From positions 1-64,000 of the forward strand of contig KZ538037.1 in assembly GCA_000934665.2 (NCBI GenBank): a stretch of 64,000 nucleotides of DNA, in the 5' to 3' direction. The notes under the pieces were generated by a model that ran no database searches, was not told where the DNA came from, and saw only the letters and a program-made list of their open reading frames with translations. A program made the position numbers and the translations under genes. Of this stretch, positions 40,272 through 51,600 are shown in pieces (positions within the stretch are counted from its first letter, which is position 1; the number at the start of each line of letters is the position of its first letter). The DNA comes from Catajapyx aquilonaris. Taxonomy: Eukaryota.

Positions 40272-40347
40272 AACTCTGACCACGTAGATTTTTAACTATA
40301 AGTTAACCATGGTTAACTTATAGTTAAAAATCTACGTGGTCAGAGTT
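40272..40347. repeat. Perfect 76-bp spacer-less palindrome
   Basis: aactctgaccacgtagatttttaactataagttaacca|tggttaacttatagttaaaaatctacgtggtcagagtt; 38/38 matches. Confidence 0.97.
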
Positions 40348-40751
40348 CGTAGCAGCTGATTCTCTTTTGTAAGCTGATGACTGATTGTCTGGTCGCCACC
40401 ACTGCACTGGCTTCGTTCAGGAGACCTCACTTTTTGTACCTTGATCTTTGCTCACAAGTGTTAATTCTCCAGCTTTGCATATATCATTAGGCAGGAAAAC
40501 ACAATTAACTACTCACATACCATAAAATGTTTTGTACTGCCGACATTCTGACGTTCATTTGGAAACTGCGATGTCATAATGAGAATTTGCCAGCTATCAA
40601 GGTGTTTTGGGATTATTTGCCATATATTCACGCCAGCGCTGCATTTTTGCTTAATTATTACTAGCATAAAATCATTGGAGGTATCGACTGTGTCGATATG
40701 AGTGAGACATTGTAACTTAATAATAATTAGCCATTAAAGTATTTTGTAATA

Positions 40752-41475
40752 CCGTATTACCTCACTCAAAGCGGCATGCCGGTATAAGCCGGAGGTGGCC
40801 AACATGCCGCAATAACCGAGGTAGATTTCAGTCATTTTGATCATTGTCAAATTGTTTGGAATGCATATGGTATACTGTACTAAAACCAACCTTATGGTGA
40901 GAAATGTGCGAGTACAGGCCTACAGGGCTGTGAGAATATGCAAGTTCATCTGTTGCACAGGGCATAGGGTGACCAATCCCAGCATATTCACCCTGCTCTG
41001 ACATTACAAAGGATCAAGGGAAATTTCTTCAGTCCTTCGTTTTGCTCAATAGTTCGCTGGTCGCAGATCTCGTTGTTAATCAGAGGTTCACTTTGTGTAG
41101 TGGTATCAATTTGTCTGAGAAGCCTCGTTCTTCAGATAATAAAATCCATATCCAACTTATGAAATATCCTGGTAGGTATGGTTCCCTTCTTGCATCCTTG
41201 CACTTTTATATGAAAATGATGCCATGAAAGAACTTAATGAACGATCTTATGGGATGTGTCAGGCAATAGAAGTGTCGTGGCTGCATCCGTACCGTAGAAC
41301 ATGGCATTATGCATTCATTTGAGTAATAATAATTTTTCACAAAGGTCGTGATAATGCTGTGCTTAAGAAAACCTCGTCTTATACCGGCATGCCGGTATAG
41401 CCACCAGATCGTGCATTTTTTTAAACTGGTCGACCTCGACTACACCGGCGTGCCGCTTTAAGTGAGGTAATACGG
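40752..41475. mobile_element. pogo/Tigger-like non-autonomous element (or two facing end fragments)
   Basis: TA|ccgtattacctcactcaaagcggcatgccggt ... accggcgtgccgctttaagtgaggtaatacgg|TA; ~32-bp TIRs with 2 mismatches. Confidence 0.8.
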
Positions 41476-41591
41476 TATAGGGTTGCACTTTTGGGGAAAA
41501 AAGAAATAAGTTGCACAGAAGAATGACAAGAATGATGCGGGTTGATTCATTAAAATACTTTATATCGGACGAATAAGGTCGTGCTTTTGAG

Positions 41592-41870
41592 GGTATCATA
41601 TACCACTTCGCCCGAAACAAACTCGGCCGACGGAAATTCGCTAGAAGCAAACTCGCCCGATATACCGGTACAAACTTGAGCAGTCCTCGCATGGGCTAGT
41701 TAATCGGAATTAAGTGTCGAGATTGTAATCAACAGCAAGGTGGATTCCTTGCCTACAGATTGTACTGAAGGGATTACTTAATTAATCTGCAGATATCACT
41801 AATTACATCGGGTCATGTCGCATCGGGTTATATCGGGCGAGTTTTGTTTCGGGAGAAGTGTGACGGAACC
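41592..41870. mobile_element. Non-autonomous DNA element with short subterminal tandem repeats
   Basis: cacttcgcccgaaacaaactcggccga...aaactcgcccgatata inverted to tatatcgggcgagttttgtttcgggagaagtg; repeated (aac)tcgcccga units. Confidence 0.7.
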
Positions 41871-42020
41871 AACTGACGGCATAATTATTCGGAATAACCT
41901 TAGTAGTGATTTTCTTGATGAATTCTGGCGCCCAACGGCCGAAAGCCTGAACCCTTCCTTTAACGTTACACTATTACTGTAAAGGGAAAAATATACTGCA
42001 TTATTTTAAAACAAATAAAT

Positions 42021-42285
42021 TGATGACGTAAAATGTAGAACAAAGAGAGTCATGCTTTGGTCGAAATTGAGTTAGGCATTATTGAACCTATAGTCCTTCA
42101 CATGTACTCTGTTATCTCTATAGGCCAGATTTTTCCTGCAGAAATATATTACAATCCCCTTCATGCAAGTTTTACAGTAATAAAATAGATTCCATGCAGG
42201 CTAATGCAATCTTCAAACTTCAAAACATCATATTTCGACATTAGGCAAAATAATATAAATGATTATTCTGCATTTCAGGTCTACA
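42021..42285. mobile_element. MITE family B, copy 3 (degenerate)
   Basis: tgatgacgtaaaatgtagaacaaagagagtca ... gattattctgcatttcaggtctaca. Confidence 0.6.
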
Positions 42286-43199
42286 ACATTGTAACAATAC
42301 AGTATAGTAGAATTCAATTATTTTGAACATAAGATTATAGGTCTATAATGTTCCCGTATGATATGGATCCTTAAAATTACATATCGCTTCCATGTTCAAA
42401 AAATATTAGTCTTCTTTCCAACTTGTCACAATGTGGCCCATTATTTACCTGTTTGGGCAGGGTTACAGGCACGTTTACGCAACATTTACAGTGCAAGTCA
42501 GTCTGAATTGGATTCCAAATTGTATTCTGCAAAAAATGCACAAACAGAAGCTTCAGAGTGCGGCATGTAGGATTAGCTTCCTTAAATAAGTTCCTAACAT
42601 ACTGAAATGTGTATAGTCCCTATACATACCATATATTATAAGTTTCAGAATGGAAAAGGCATTCTCCTCGATGCTATAGGCAACAGCATAGGTACTGGAT
42701 CAAGTTAATGCGTACTTTATGATTTTACTTCTATTTTATTGGTACGAGAGGGATTACTAGTTATCTTTTCAATGTTTGTAAATTTTAGTGCAGTATATAA
42801 AAATCACAATTCTTTTCGGGATACATGCGAGTACTAAATAAAACGGGGGGTAATAAAAGCATGTGCAAAATCTGCTATACAGAGAAAGGAAGTTGGAGCC
42901 ATTAGAAAGGGTAGACGGAACATTTTTGTACAGTTTATAGCCATGCTCCACAAATATTTGGAGCATCTATCTATGGGATATGCATAAAGTTGCATATCAG
43001 TGAGTAAGATGCTGCCATAAGTGTACAGGTTCTACAAACCTTTCACTGTTGGCTCAACTTCAGCCTTGAACTACAGTAGGCAGAGTGACTGGCGCTTGGA
43101 ATTTTGTGTTTATTCAATAAAGATTCCAATGCAAACAATCTGCTTTTCTTCCGTTCTCTGCCAGTGAACACATACCGAATGTTTTATGAGTTAGATCAC

Positions 43200-43593
43200 A
43201 TTTGTAACAATAAAAATACCGAGGAAGATAAATTCCACCTGTTCCTATTGCCTCACCCTCAAGTTTGGCAGTGAGTTACGCACATCATTTGGAAAGCTTA
43301 CGGTGCATGTATGATTAAACTCTTTGTCATTTAGAATTTTGCAAACAAGACATGCACGCAGTAAGGTATTGTGATCGTTACAAGTACTGAAATGAACGGA
43401 ATCGCGACGGAATCGAATTGGCGTATTATGTTCATACAGCATAAATCTGACACATTATGAGTAATTGTGAGGGAGTTATCAAAATAGTGCCGACGCGACA
43501 TGCAGGAAGGAGTTATTCTCAGGTTTTTAATGTGAGTTCTTGAGTTATGCAACAGCATATCCAGCCTGTATTCAAATTTCTCCCGAGTCAGTA
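43200..43593 (-). mobile_element. Possible Tc1-like 5' end relic
   Basis: Minus strand starts tatactgactcgggagaaatttgaatac; short stretch LPNLRVRQ*EQVEF loosely recalls Tc1-type N-termini; weak. Confidence 0.25.
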
Positions 43594-46294
43594 TATATAT
43601 AATTGATATAGTATAGTATATGGTGTAGCCTACAGTACGATATAATTATGAGAGAGCCGGCCAGCTATGAGAACATTTCTTAAAAATTTATGATGCGATA
43701 GTTTGGAACTAAGCTTATATATGGTGGAACATAAAAATGCACATTTTACTAGCCTGTACCGAACATCCACGAGAGATCATCTAGCATTATAGATGTAATT
43801 TTGATCTCTCCCAGAGAATTTGTATACAGGATATATTTTGTTCTGGCCTAAACTACAGTACCGTAGTATACCCACGCACAGTAGTCCATGAAATAGGTTA
43901 CGGGAGAATCATGTGCAGGAAAAGCATGTTGCCAAAGCAGTGCGTTAGTAAAGTAAAAAGACTTAGAGATTTTTCAACTGCTTTAGGCTGGGTTGCACCA
44001 TTGCGGGTTTTGAGCGAAATCCGTGATTAAATCGCGGTGATGGTGAAATATTCGCAGCAGTTGAACTGAATGAGAATTTCTGGTATTTGTAAAGAACACT
44101 AAAGCAAGTAAGATATGGATCTTGTTGGCTATCCCTTTTGCTTTGTGAAGTAAAATTTTTGATGAAAATGGTGCTTGATAGTGTGTAAAAGTAAAACCTA
44201 TAGAATTATTGCAAACCGAGACATTATACTGTAGGTCTCGCAAATGTACAGTTATTTCAAGTTTCAAGTCGCCGGAGATGGTGCTAAGTATACCTACAGT
44301 AATTTTCATTTCAATTTTGGTGGTATTGGTAAATGACAGTCTATTTTTGAGTAATAGTGTGTTCACTAAAAGTGTCATTAATAAGACAGTAATTAGTAAT
44401 AAGTATAGAAAGGATTTATATTGTAATAACCCATTTGAATTGATGCCAGCGTGCTGTGCAGAAAATAATTAGTGCGTAATCATCAAAGTCAATTTTAGAG
44501 ATACGTGCTACTAAAAAAAAGTTGCCATCCACCAATTACATCAAAATTGAAATACAAATTCTCGCAGGGAACTATAATGTTGGACCACACTATTTCAGCC
44601 TGACGTGCACAAAGAATGCAACAATTTTGTATATTTTATCCGCTTATACAGTAGTTACCTAATTTTGAAGCGAGAAAACTCGACGTGTAAACCATGGACC
44701 TCGAAATACTCGATATTTCGGGCTAACAATGGTGCATGATCTGCAGTAGGCCACTATTCAACTGTATAGTATATGTTGTAATGTACAGTAGGTGGCATAA
44801 TATTGTTGTTCGCATACTAATACCGCTTCTAAAGTGAGAGCTAAAATATTTTAACATTTACTGTATATATAATGCGATTTTAGCGGACGTTTGATTCAAA
44901 AACTGGAACCTAAATACTAAAGTCTGCTATAAGCATCATTCACCAGTTAAACACTCCCAGTCTCTGCATCAATGATAAGCTGGTATTACCCTGTCTTGTA
45001 CAGACATAGTTTATCCCATAGAAGAACACTAATATCTGCAGATGGATCTGGACTTAGTCATGATGGGCCATCTGTAAGCAAGGCTAAATTACCAGGCGCA
45101 CTGTGGTAATAACTTATCTAAGGCGCCAATTAACGTGCATTTGTATGTGGTATTATTGATCGGGGCGGAATGAGGATTACAAATAGTCATTGCCATACCT
45201 AACGGTCGTTATGTATCAATGACGTCACCATGAGCCGATTAAAATGGCGTCGGGTTTCACGGGACTTATGGATAGGGTGTTGTGAAATTTGCTTGGCTTT
45301 AGAATGTGCCCAAGATTAGTCTACTGATGAATTATTGTATAACTTGCCACCGCAATTACTGTGAAAGTGGGTTACTATATAGTTGTTTTACGTCTAGCAT
45401 GATTTAAATCTATAATAAGCTAAACCAGATTTGATGTGTTGGGATGTTCTTTGGGACAAATCTTAATATCGTCATCGTTCTGTCTGTGTGAAAGTTCTAA
45501 CTTTGTAAAATGTGTATGATATTTTTAGCTATTATTTTAGCTTTATTAATCGTCTTTCCTGCATGGTAGGTGGCATATTATGTTATATACAACCTATTGT
45601 TTTGGTGATATCCATTACATAGAGATCAGTATAAGCAAGTATGTAAGAGGGAAGGGACATGCCCAAAGAAAATTCACGGCGTTTTAAATGGGCACTTTAT
45701 GCTTTTGTCCTGTGCAGTTGGCCACTTGCTGAAGACATTACTGCACTACCGCAAGACATTCGGTACAAATTATTGTTTGGACTATTCTAAACCTTATGCC
45801 GTAATTTAAGTAGTAATAAGTCAGTAGCTGTCCTGCGTGCGGGTGAATAATACGAGGCTGGAATTATAATTTTCGAAGATTTCTAAACAACAAAACCCCG
45901 CCCATCATGTTACAAAAAAGGGGCTATTTAAATTGTTTAATTGATATTGCAAACTAAGTTTAACCCTGCTCTGTCTTCCTGAAGGTTCTGCGCTGAATAT
46001 GTTATACGAAAAATGCGTTAAAAGCTGGTTCCATACCAACAAAGTTACAATGTATGTCTGCAATCAGAATTAGAATTTAGAAAAAAAACCTACATGTTAG
46101 ACCACAAAGGACGGTATTTGTAATACCACAATTTCCAGATATTAATTTACAGAAAACATAAGGACCCTCCATGCCAAAATAAAACCCCTTTGTTCATCAA
46201 ATACCTTCTACAAGTATTAACCAAAGCGACTAACGGTTATGAATATTATTCTGATGCTGCCCCTCTAGAAGGGTGCAAGAAGGGAGTAGGGGAA

Positions 46295-46313
46295 AGAGAG
46301 AGAGAGAGAGAGA
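46295..46313 (+). repeat. (GA)n microsatellite
   Basis: agagagagagagagagaga run. Confidence 0.9.
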
Positions 46314-46543
46314 GGGAGCAATAAGTTATGGTTTGTTTACCCTCACCAATCAGTTTAAAAAGAAGCAACCCAATGGAAACACCAATCTAAGCTATACTAA
46401 TACGGTACTTATCTTAATGATTTTATTTAAACTGATTTATGGGATAAACAATTCATAAGTCGTTCCCCTGAGACTCCTCTTTTGGTATGTGGGCTTGGGC
46501 ATCAGTGCGCCACCTGTATACTAAACTGAGAGGCCAATGATAT

Positions 46544-46594
<51 letters not shown>

Positions 46595-46626
46595 TATTCG
46601 AGGGCATAACCCTTTTTGGGGGACAG
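46544..46626 (-). mobile_element. Very short 5'-truncated LINE/SINE 3' end with (TAAA)n tail
   Basis: 17-bp TSD tgagaggccaatgatat (46527-46543) / tgagaggtcaatgatat (46627-46643); minus strand ctgtcccccaaaaagggttatgccctcgaata(taaa)n. Confidence 0.88.
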
Positions 46627-46895
46627 TGAGAGGTCAATGATATAGGCTGACTTCTTTGGTGCAGTTCCGTATATTTTATAATTAACCATTTGTTACAAAT
46701 GATTACTCACCTATTTCTACAGTAGTTTACATGTGTCCACTCCGAATGATACACGAAAGTTCTGAATTACCTTTTTGTATTTTACATCGTGACGCAGAGA
46801 GTTTATCTCGATTCACATGGTGAAAGTAGTTCACATATTCAAATGGCTATTGATATGTTGACATAAAGTCTCATGTCATATCAGTTGTTGCATCT

Positions 46896-47138
46896 AAAGA
46901 CCTAAAATGCAGAACGATCATCAGAGTCACATTTTCATTAAAATTGCGCGGGGCATTGAATAATACATATTTTCCTGGAAGGGCACTTTCTAATGATAAT
47001 TTCATCTGTCTGCTTAGAGCAATTACACTTCTCTATAGAAAATGTTTCAGAAAAAACTATCCAAAAAAATAGTCAAACTTTCATAATATGCAGAAATCGG
47101 TCAAATATGACTCTGATCATTCTGAATTTTAGGTCTTC
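46896..47138. mobile_element. MITE family B, copy 4
   Basis: aagacctaaaatgcagaacgatcatcagagtcacattt ... aaatatgactctgatcattctgaattttaggtctt form an inverted pair. Confidence 0.85.
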
Positions 47139-48541
47139 CTTTGAATTTCTGGTCTTTCCTCTTGAGTGTTGTCAAGAAATTATATGGTCAACTTCCATCG
47201 TCTTTGATATAAAACTACATGGCAACACTCTGTGGCAATATCTAAATGAAAAAGGCAAGGTCGCGCTGTGGGACGCATAACTGTCAGGATATTTCGTACC
47301 TTATGTTTAAAGCCCGTTATCTCCATAACCATGCTGCGGCGGACAAAATAATGTCTTTTTAAATGTGTAAAGGAACCCTCTGGTAAACATCACTAGTTTA
47401 TCCTATAAATATGTTTGAATCATTAGTAACCAACCTGTATGTGAAGTAAATCACACATAAACCCCAACATGTACAAAAAATAGGGGGAAAAATCACATAG
47501 GCGAATAAAGTCTATCTTTTAAGTAAATCTGGTATATGCAAAAGAGGCATGAGGCTTCAGAGTATGAAGTTTGAAGGAAAGAAGCAGGGGAATAGCAGGC
47601 CATTACCTTGACCAGTTTATGTATTGGTTGTCATTTGACGTTGGGCCTCGTCGGTTGAGGTCTATAAAGGCCATAGTTTAATCGGGACAACATGCAGAGT
47701 TTTGTTTTCCGGGGAGCAATTTGGGCCCCGTGGTGCGGCAAGGGGAGCCCGAATTCCAAAGCGTCTTAGTACCGATTGTGCATCCATAGATTTTACAGCA
47801 CACGCCCCAACACTGGTGGTTGGCTTTTATTGTTTTCCAACCATGCTTTTATTGCTCGTGCTGCAGCCCAATTTTCCATATACTGCTGGCAGCAGGACTT
47901 GGAAATTACAGCAGGGGAGCCCCCGGGCAGAATTCCCACGGGCTGGATGCTGCTGCTGAAGCTGCGGGGCTTTGCATACACACAAACACACCCCACATGC
48001 ACACACACACACCCAGCTAGCTAGTTATCTGGATACAACAGCCGGCTCGGTTAGGTCGTTGTTGCAAAAATCAGGAATGAGGGAGGGGAACTGCACACTC
48101 ACAATTGTGTCATATACTCTCATTTAAAGCTTCGTGCTAGTCATACGAATAACAGTGATTGTAATTTTGATGCTGCTATGCGTGCAGTCAAATATTTTCT
48201 ATCCACAGTACGTATTTTTATAAACCTTCTGTCATGGTGAGGTAGGCCACCCACATGGCATTGTGTCGGATTTCGCTGCTCGCAACAAACCTGTCAGTCA
48301 GTGTATAGTGTGGGATTCAGATGTTAGATACTAGGTCGAATTACAGGAGTGAGGTGTGTGGTCGGGCTTGTCAGGAGGCAAGAAATCTGATGACCTAAAA
48401 CCATACCCTGTTTTTCTAAGCTGTAATTTCTTGCGCGCAATCAGATTAGATGTAAGTGTCTATACACAGTTAATGCATGTAATTTTTGTCTCACCTTATG
48501 AAATTGATGGAACACTGTGCACAGTACCATAATACTGTATA

Positions 48542-48632
48542 CAGGGTGTTCCAGGTTCGTGGGTCCCTTTTTGATAACTGATATCGCCCGATAGCAGTTA
48601 TCAAAAAGTGACCCACGAATCTGGAACACCCG
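48542..48632. mobile_element. 91-bp TA-flanked MITE consisting only of two TIRs
   Basis: TA|cagggtgttccaggttcgtgggtccctttttgataactgatatcg-cc-cgatagcagttatcaaaaagtgacccacgaatctggaacacccg|TA. Confidence 0.92.
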
Positions 48633-51600
48633 TATAAAAGCTTGCAACAAACAGGATATAGGCCCTATTAGATATTGGATCGCTTAGAAGGTGTTTCTTA
48701 CTAGTGAAACATCCCCACGCCAGCATACTCGTTGGTCCAAAACGAGTCAAATTGCAGGAGTGAAAAATGTCACATGATGACCACCAGACACATTTGCTTC
48801 CTAGACACATGTGACAGCCAACACTACAGCACGAAAGCAGGCAGAACATCCTGTAACATGATGCAGTGGTTGCCTAAGGAGCAAAATAGGAACGTGATAA
48901 TAGTTACTGCGCAAGAGAATTTTTTTTGCTAGGGTACCATGTTCAGTAATCCTAACACACTCATATCGTAGCTCCCTAAGCACCTATAGGTCACCGGTGT
49001 TTATAAGGGTATGTAAATCATTTGCATATTTAATCTTTGGTCCTTCGATATCCTTCTACATTTTAGACTCGTTTAGGGTCAACAATTACTCTGATGTTGG
49101 AGGCTTAAATAATAAACACCCTTTATATACAGTGGTACATCATAAAAATTGAGAGGATCAGTGTCCACTTTTAAATCTCTTGTAATTATTGACATTCCAT
49201 TCCTTGGTTAATTGTCACTTAATATTTTGCACAAGAATTCTTCTTCAGCCAACCTAGTGATATGACTTACAACTCGGTGACGCAGGGCTGTGAAGAGATC
49301 TCAGAAAAAACGGAAGCAAAAAATTATTTAATGGCAGAGGAGTGGGTCAGGCAACGTTGCTGTCTCCCCCCCCATCTCCCGCTGTCATTCGTTTGTGACA
49401 ATCACATCCATCTTATGAGTGACAGCTTCCAGCCGCCGTCAAATTCCGCCGCAGGCATTACAGAAACCCTATGCTCCACACTTAATCTGTCTAACTTGAG
49501 AATCTATGCTATCATAGCAAATGACCTTTAAAAAAAATACAGGCCATATAGTCCATATAACCTTTTTTTAGAGAGGTGAGAAGACCTCGTCTTAGTTCAG
49601 TTTAAGAGATATTTTGAATGGGCCTAAAAAAAGCGGTGGCTGACCTTCTTGGGCACATTCCTAGGCAAGATACAGCTCCCGGCTCTCCCTGCAACAAAAT
49701 GAAGACATCTCTTGGCTGTCGTAGGCTGACCGGTTTGGTCAGCACGCTCTTTTTTAGCTCCCTCGTATTCTTCTGAGCCCCACTCTTTCTTGGCTTATCC
49801 TTGAAGAAGCGGCAAGAGCAACTCTCTTATGGCTCCAGCACGTGACACACAGGGGTTTTAGGACGAAGATTGACGTCCCTGAAAACTGCCATTCTACTCA
49901 TTGTATTGAAACAGAAGCTTTACTTTCAATTGTATATTTTCCGAACTATCGGATATATTTTACCCTCAGCCGTTATTTTTATGGTGGCCCAATAATTTTG
50001 GAGCGGTGGGAAAAATTGGTAGAACATGGCTCCCCTCTTGATCCACCGTCTACCTTCCCTTTTTTCTCGACTACCACTCGGCAAAGTGAGATATTTTGGA
50101 GGGTCCCGAGAAAGGGAAAGCCAAGAGACGCAATTCACACCGGGGGGTGAAAAAGAAGGCGGTAGCTTTTAGGGAGACTTAGAGAGGGTAGGCTTCCTGG
50201 GCCACGTCCGCCTTCAATTATGGGCATGGTGGTAAGAGCAATTTTTTTTTACCTTCCCAGGCCCCTGAACCTTCCTGGGTTTTTTTTTCCGATTTTTTGA
50301 GGTGTAGCATTTCTGATTTTCAAACCATAGAGAAATGCCTCATGGTGAGTCACGAAAAAGTGCGAAAAATAGTTTTGATTCACTATCCAGATGACGGATA
50401 CGTGACGGATTTCCGGTCGAAATTGCCGGGGAGAAGTGACGAGCCTGGAGGGCAAAATTCGATACCGCATCCCGGTCCGGGTCGAGGAAAAACATGCACA
50501 AAATTCATGTGACATCCAACTAATAAGGAAGTCAGATTCATCGTTATGCATTGTTAGGTTCTTACGACATTGTATGGTAACCAAGGAAACTGTTTGCGAC
50601 ATGCTTGAATTTAAATATGAAAAGTATCATTGTTGGGTGTATATGGATATGGTATGGGGTAGCTTCCTGCCGGAAAGAAACAGAGCAAGTTTTTACTGCT
50701 CATATCGCGAGTTTCATAATGGAGAGTGCACTCGCAGCCGACACATGTCGTTGGACTCGAGGGGCAGATACAGTGACAGCACTGCTCATTAGCCAGCCTT
50801 TGGCATCGTTCTGGAAAATTTTCGAGGGCTCGAGCGGGCCACTTGACAGCCGGAGATATGCGCAGAGCAAGCACTTCCACTTGAAACCCTAATGGTAGTA
50901 ATGTGCAATGCATGTGTGTCGGCTGGACTCGTCAGGTATCATAATGGCACATGGAGCGCCAAAATTGTTTGCATCGCGTGCATTAGACGAATAGCTCTGT
51001 AACAACTGAATTCCATTTGCATGTCCTTGTACACGGCCAACCGTAAACATTGATAGTTTGAACCGAGGGTTCGGCTTGCTCACACATGACGGAAACTATC
51101 GAGCAGGCCCTCCCAAAAAATGGTCCAAGTTTGGGGTGACCCTGATAGCACTGGAGTATATATATGTAGGCGGCACTCATAAATTTGTGCCATAAGGTGC
51201 AGGAGGTAACTCCATTGCTCCTCAGGGAGAAATAAGCATAGGGAAACGGGATCGTATAAAGGTATGCAGTGCTGACGCAACGACCGATGGACCGTCCTCT
51301 CATTCTGCCATCAAAAGGTTCCCAACCTGAGGGAACGTTAACACAAACATTTCACGTACGTCCTTCCCAATGTCGTAGGCCTCCTCACATTTTCTTATTC
51401 TATTCTTATTGCACCTACTAATGAGCAGTGTATCCTCTTAAGAAAAATGAGTCCGTAACGCTACTGGGAGTGTCACGTAACTATTGAAGCCGGGAAGGAG
51501 AAGAGTGACAGGGCGCGTCAAGCTACACGAATTCCTTAGGCCGGCGATGCAGGGCTGAATGCCGGTTCGGCATGGTCGAAACCCGCCGACAAAGACGCCG

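Noticed and set aside
40374..40400. ctgatga plus a weak stem beside the perfect palindrome (possible Penelope-type hammerhead ribozyme)
   Set aside because: The required GAAA(C) box is absent (reads gccac), and stems I/III are not evident.
50249..51303. Cluster of 95-118 aa ORFs on both strands
   Set aside because: No recognisable motifs and no consistent coding frame.
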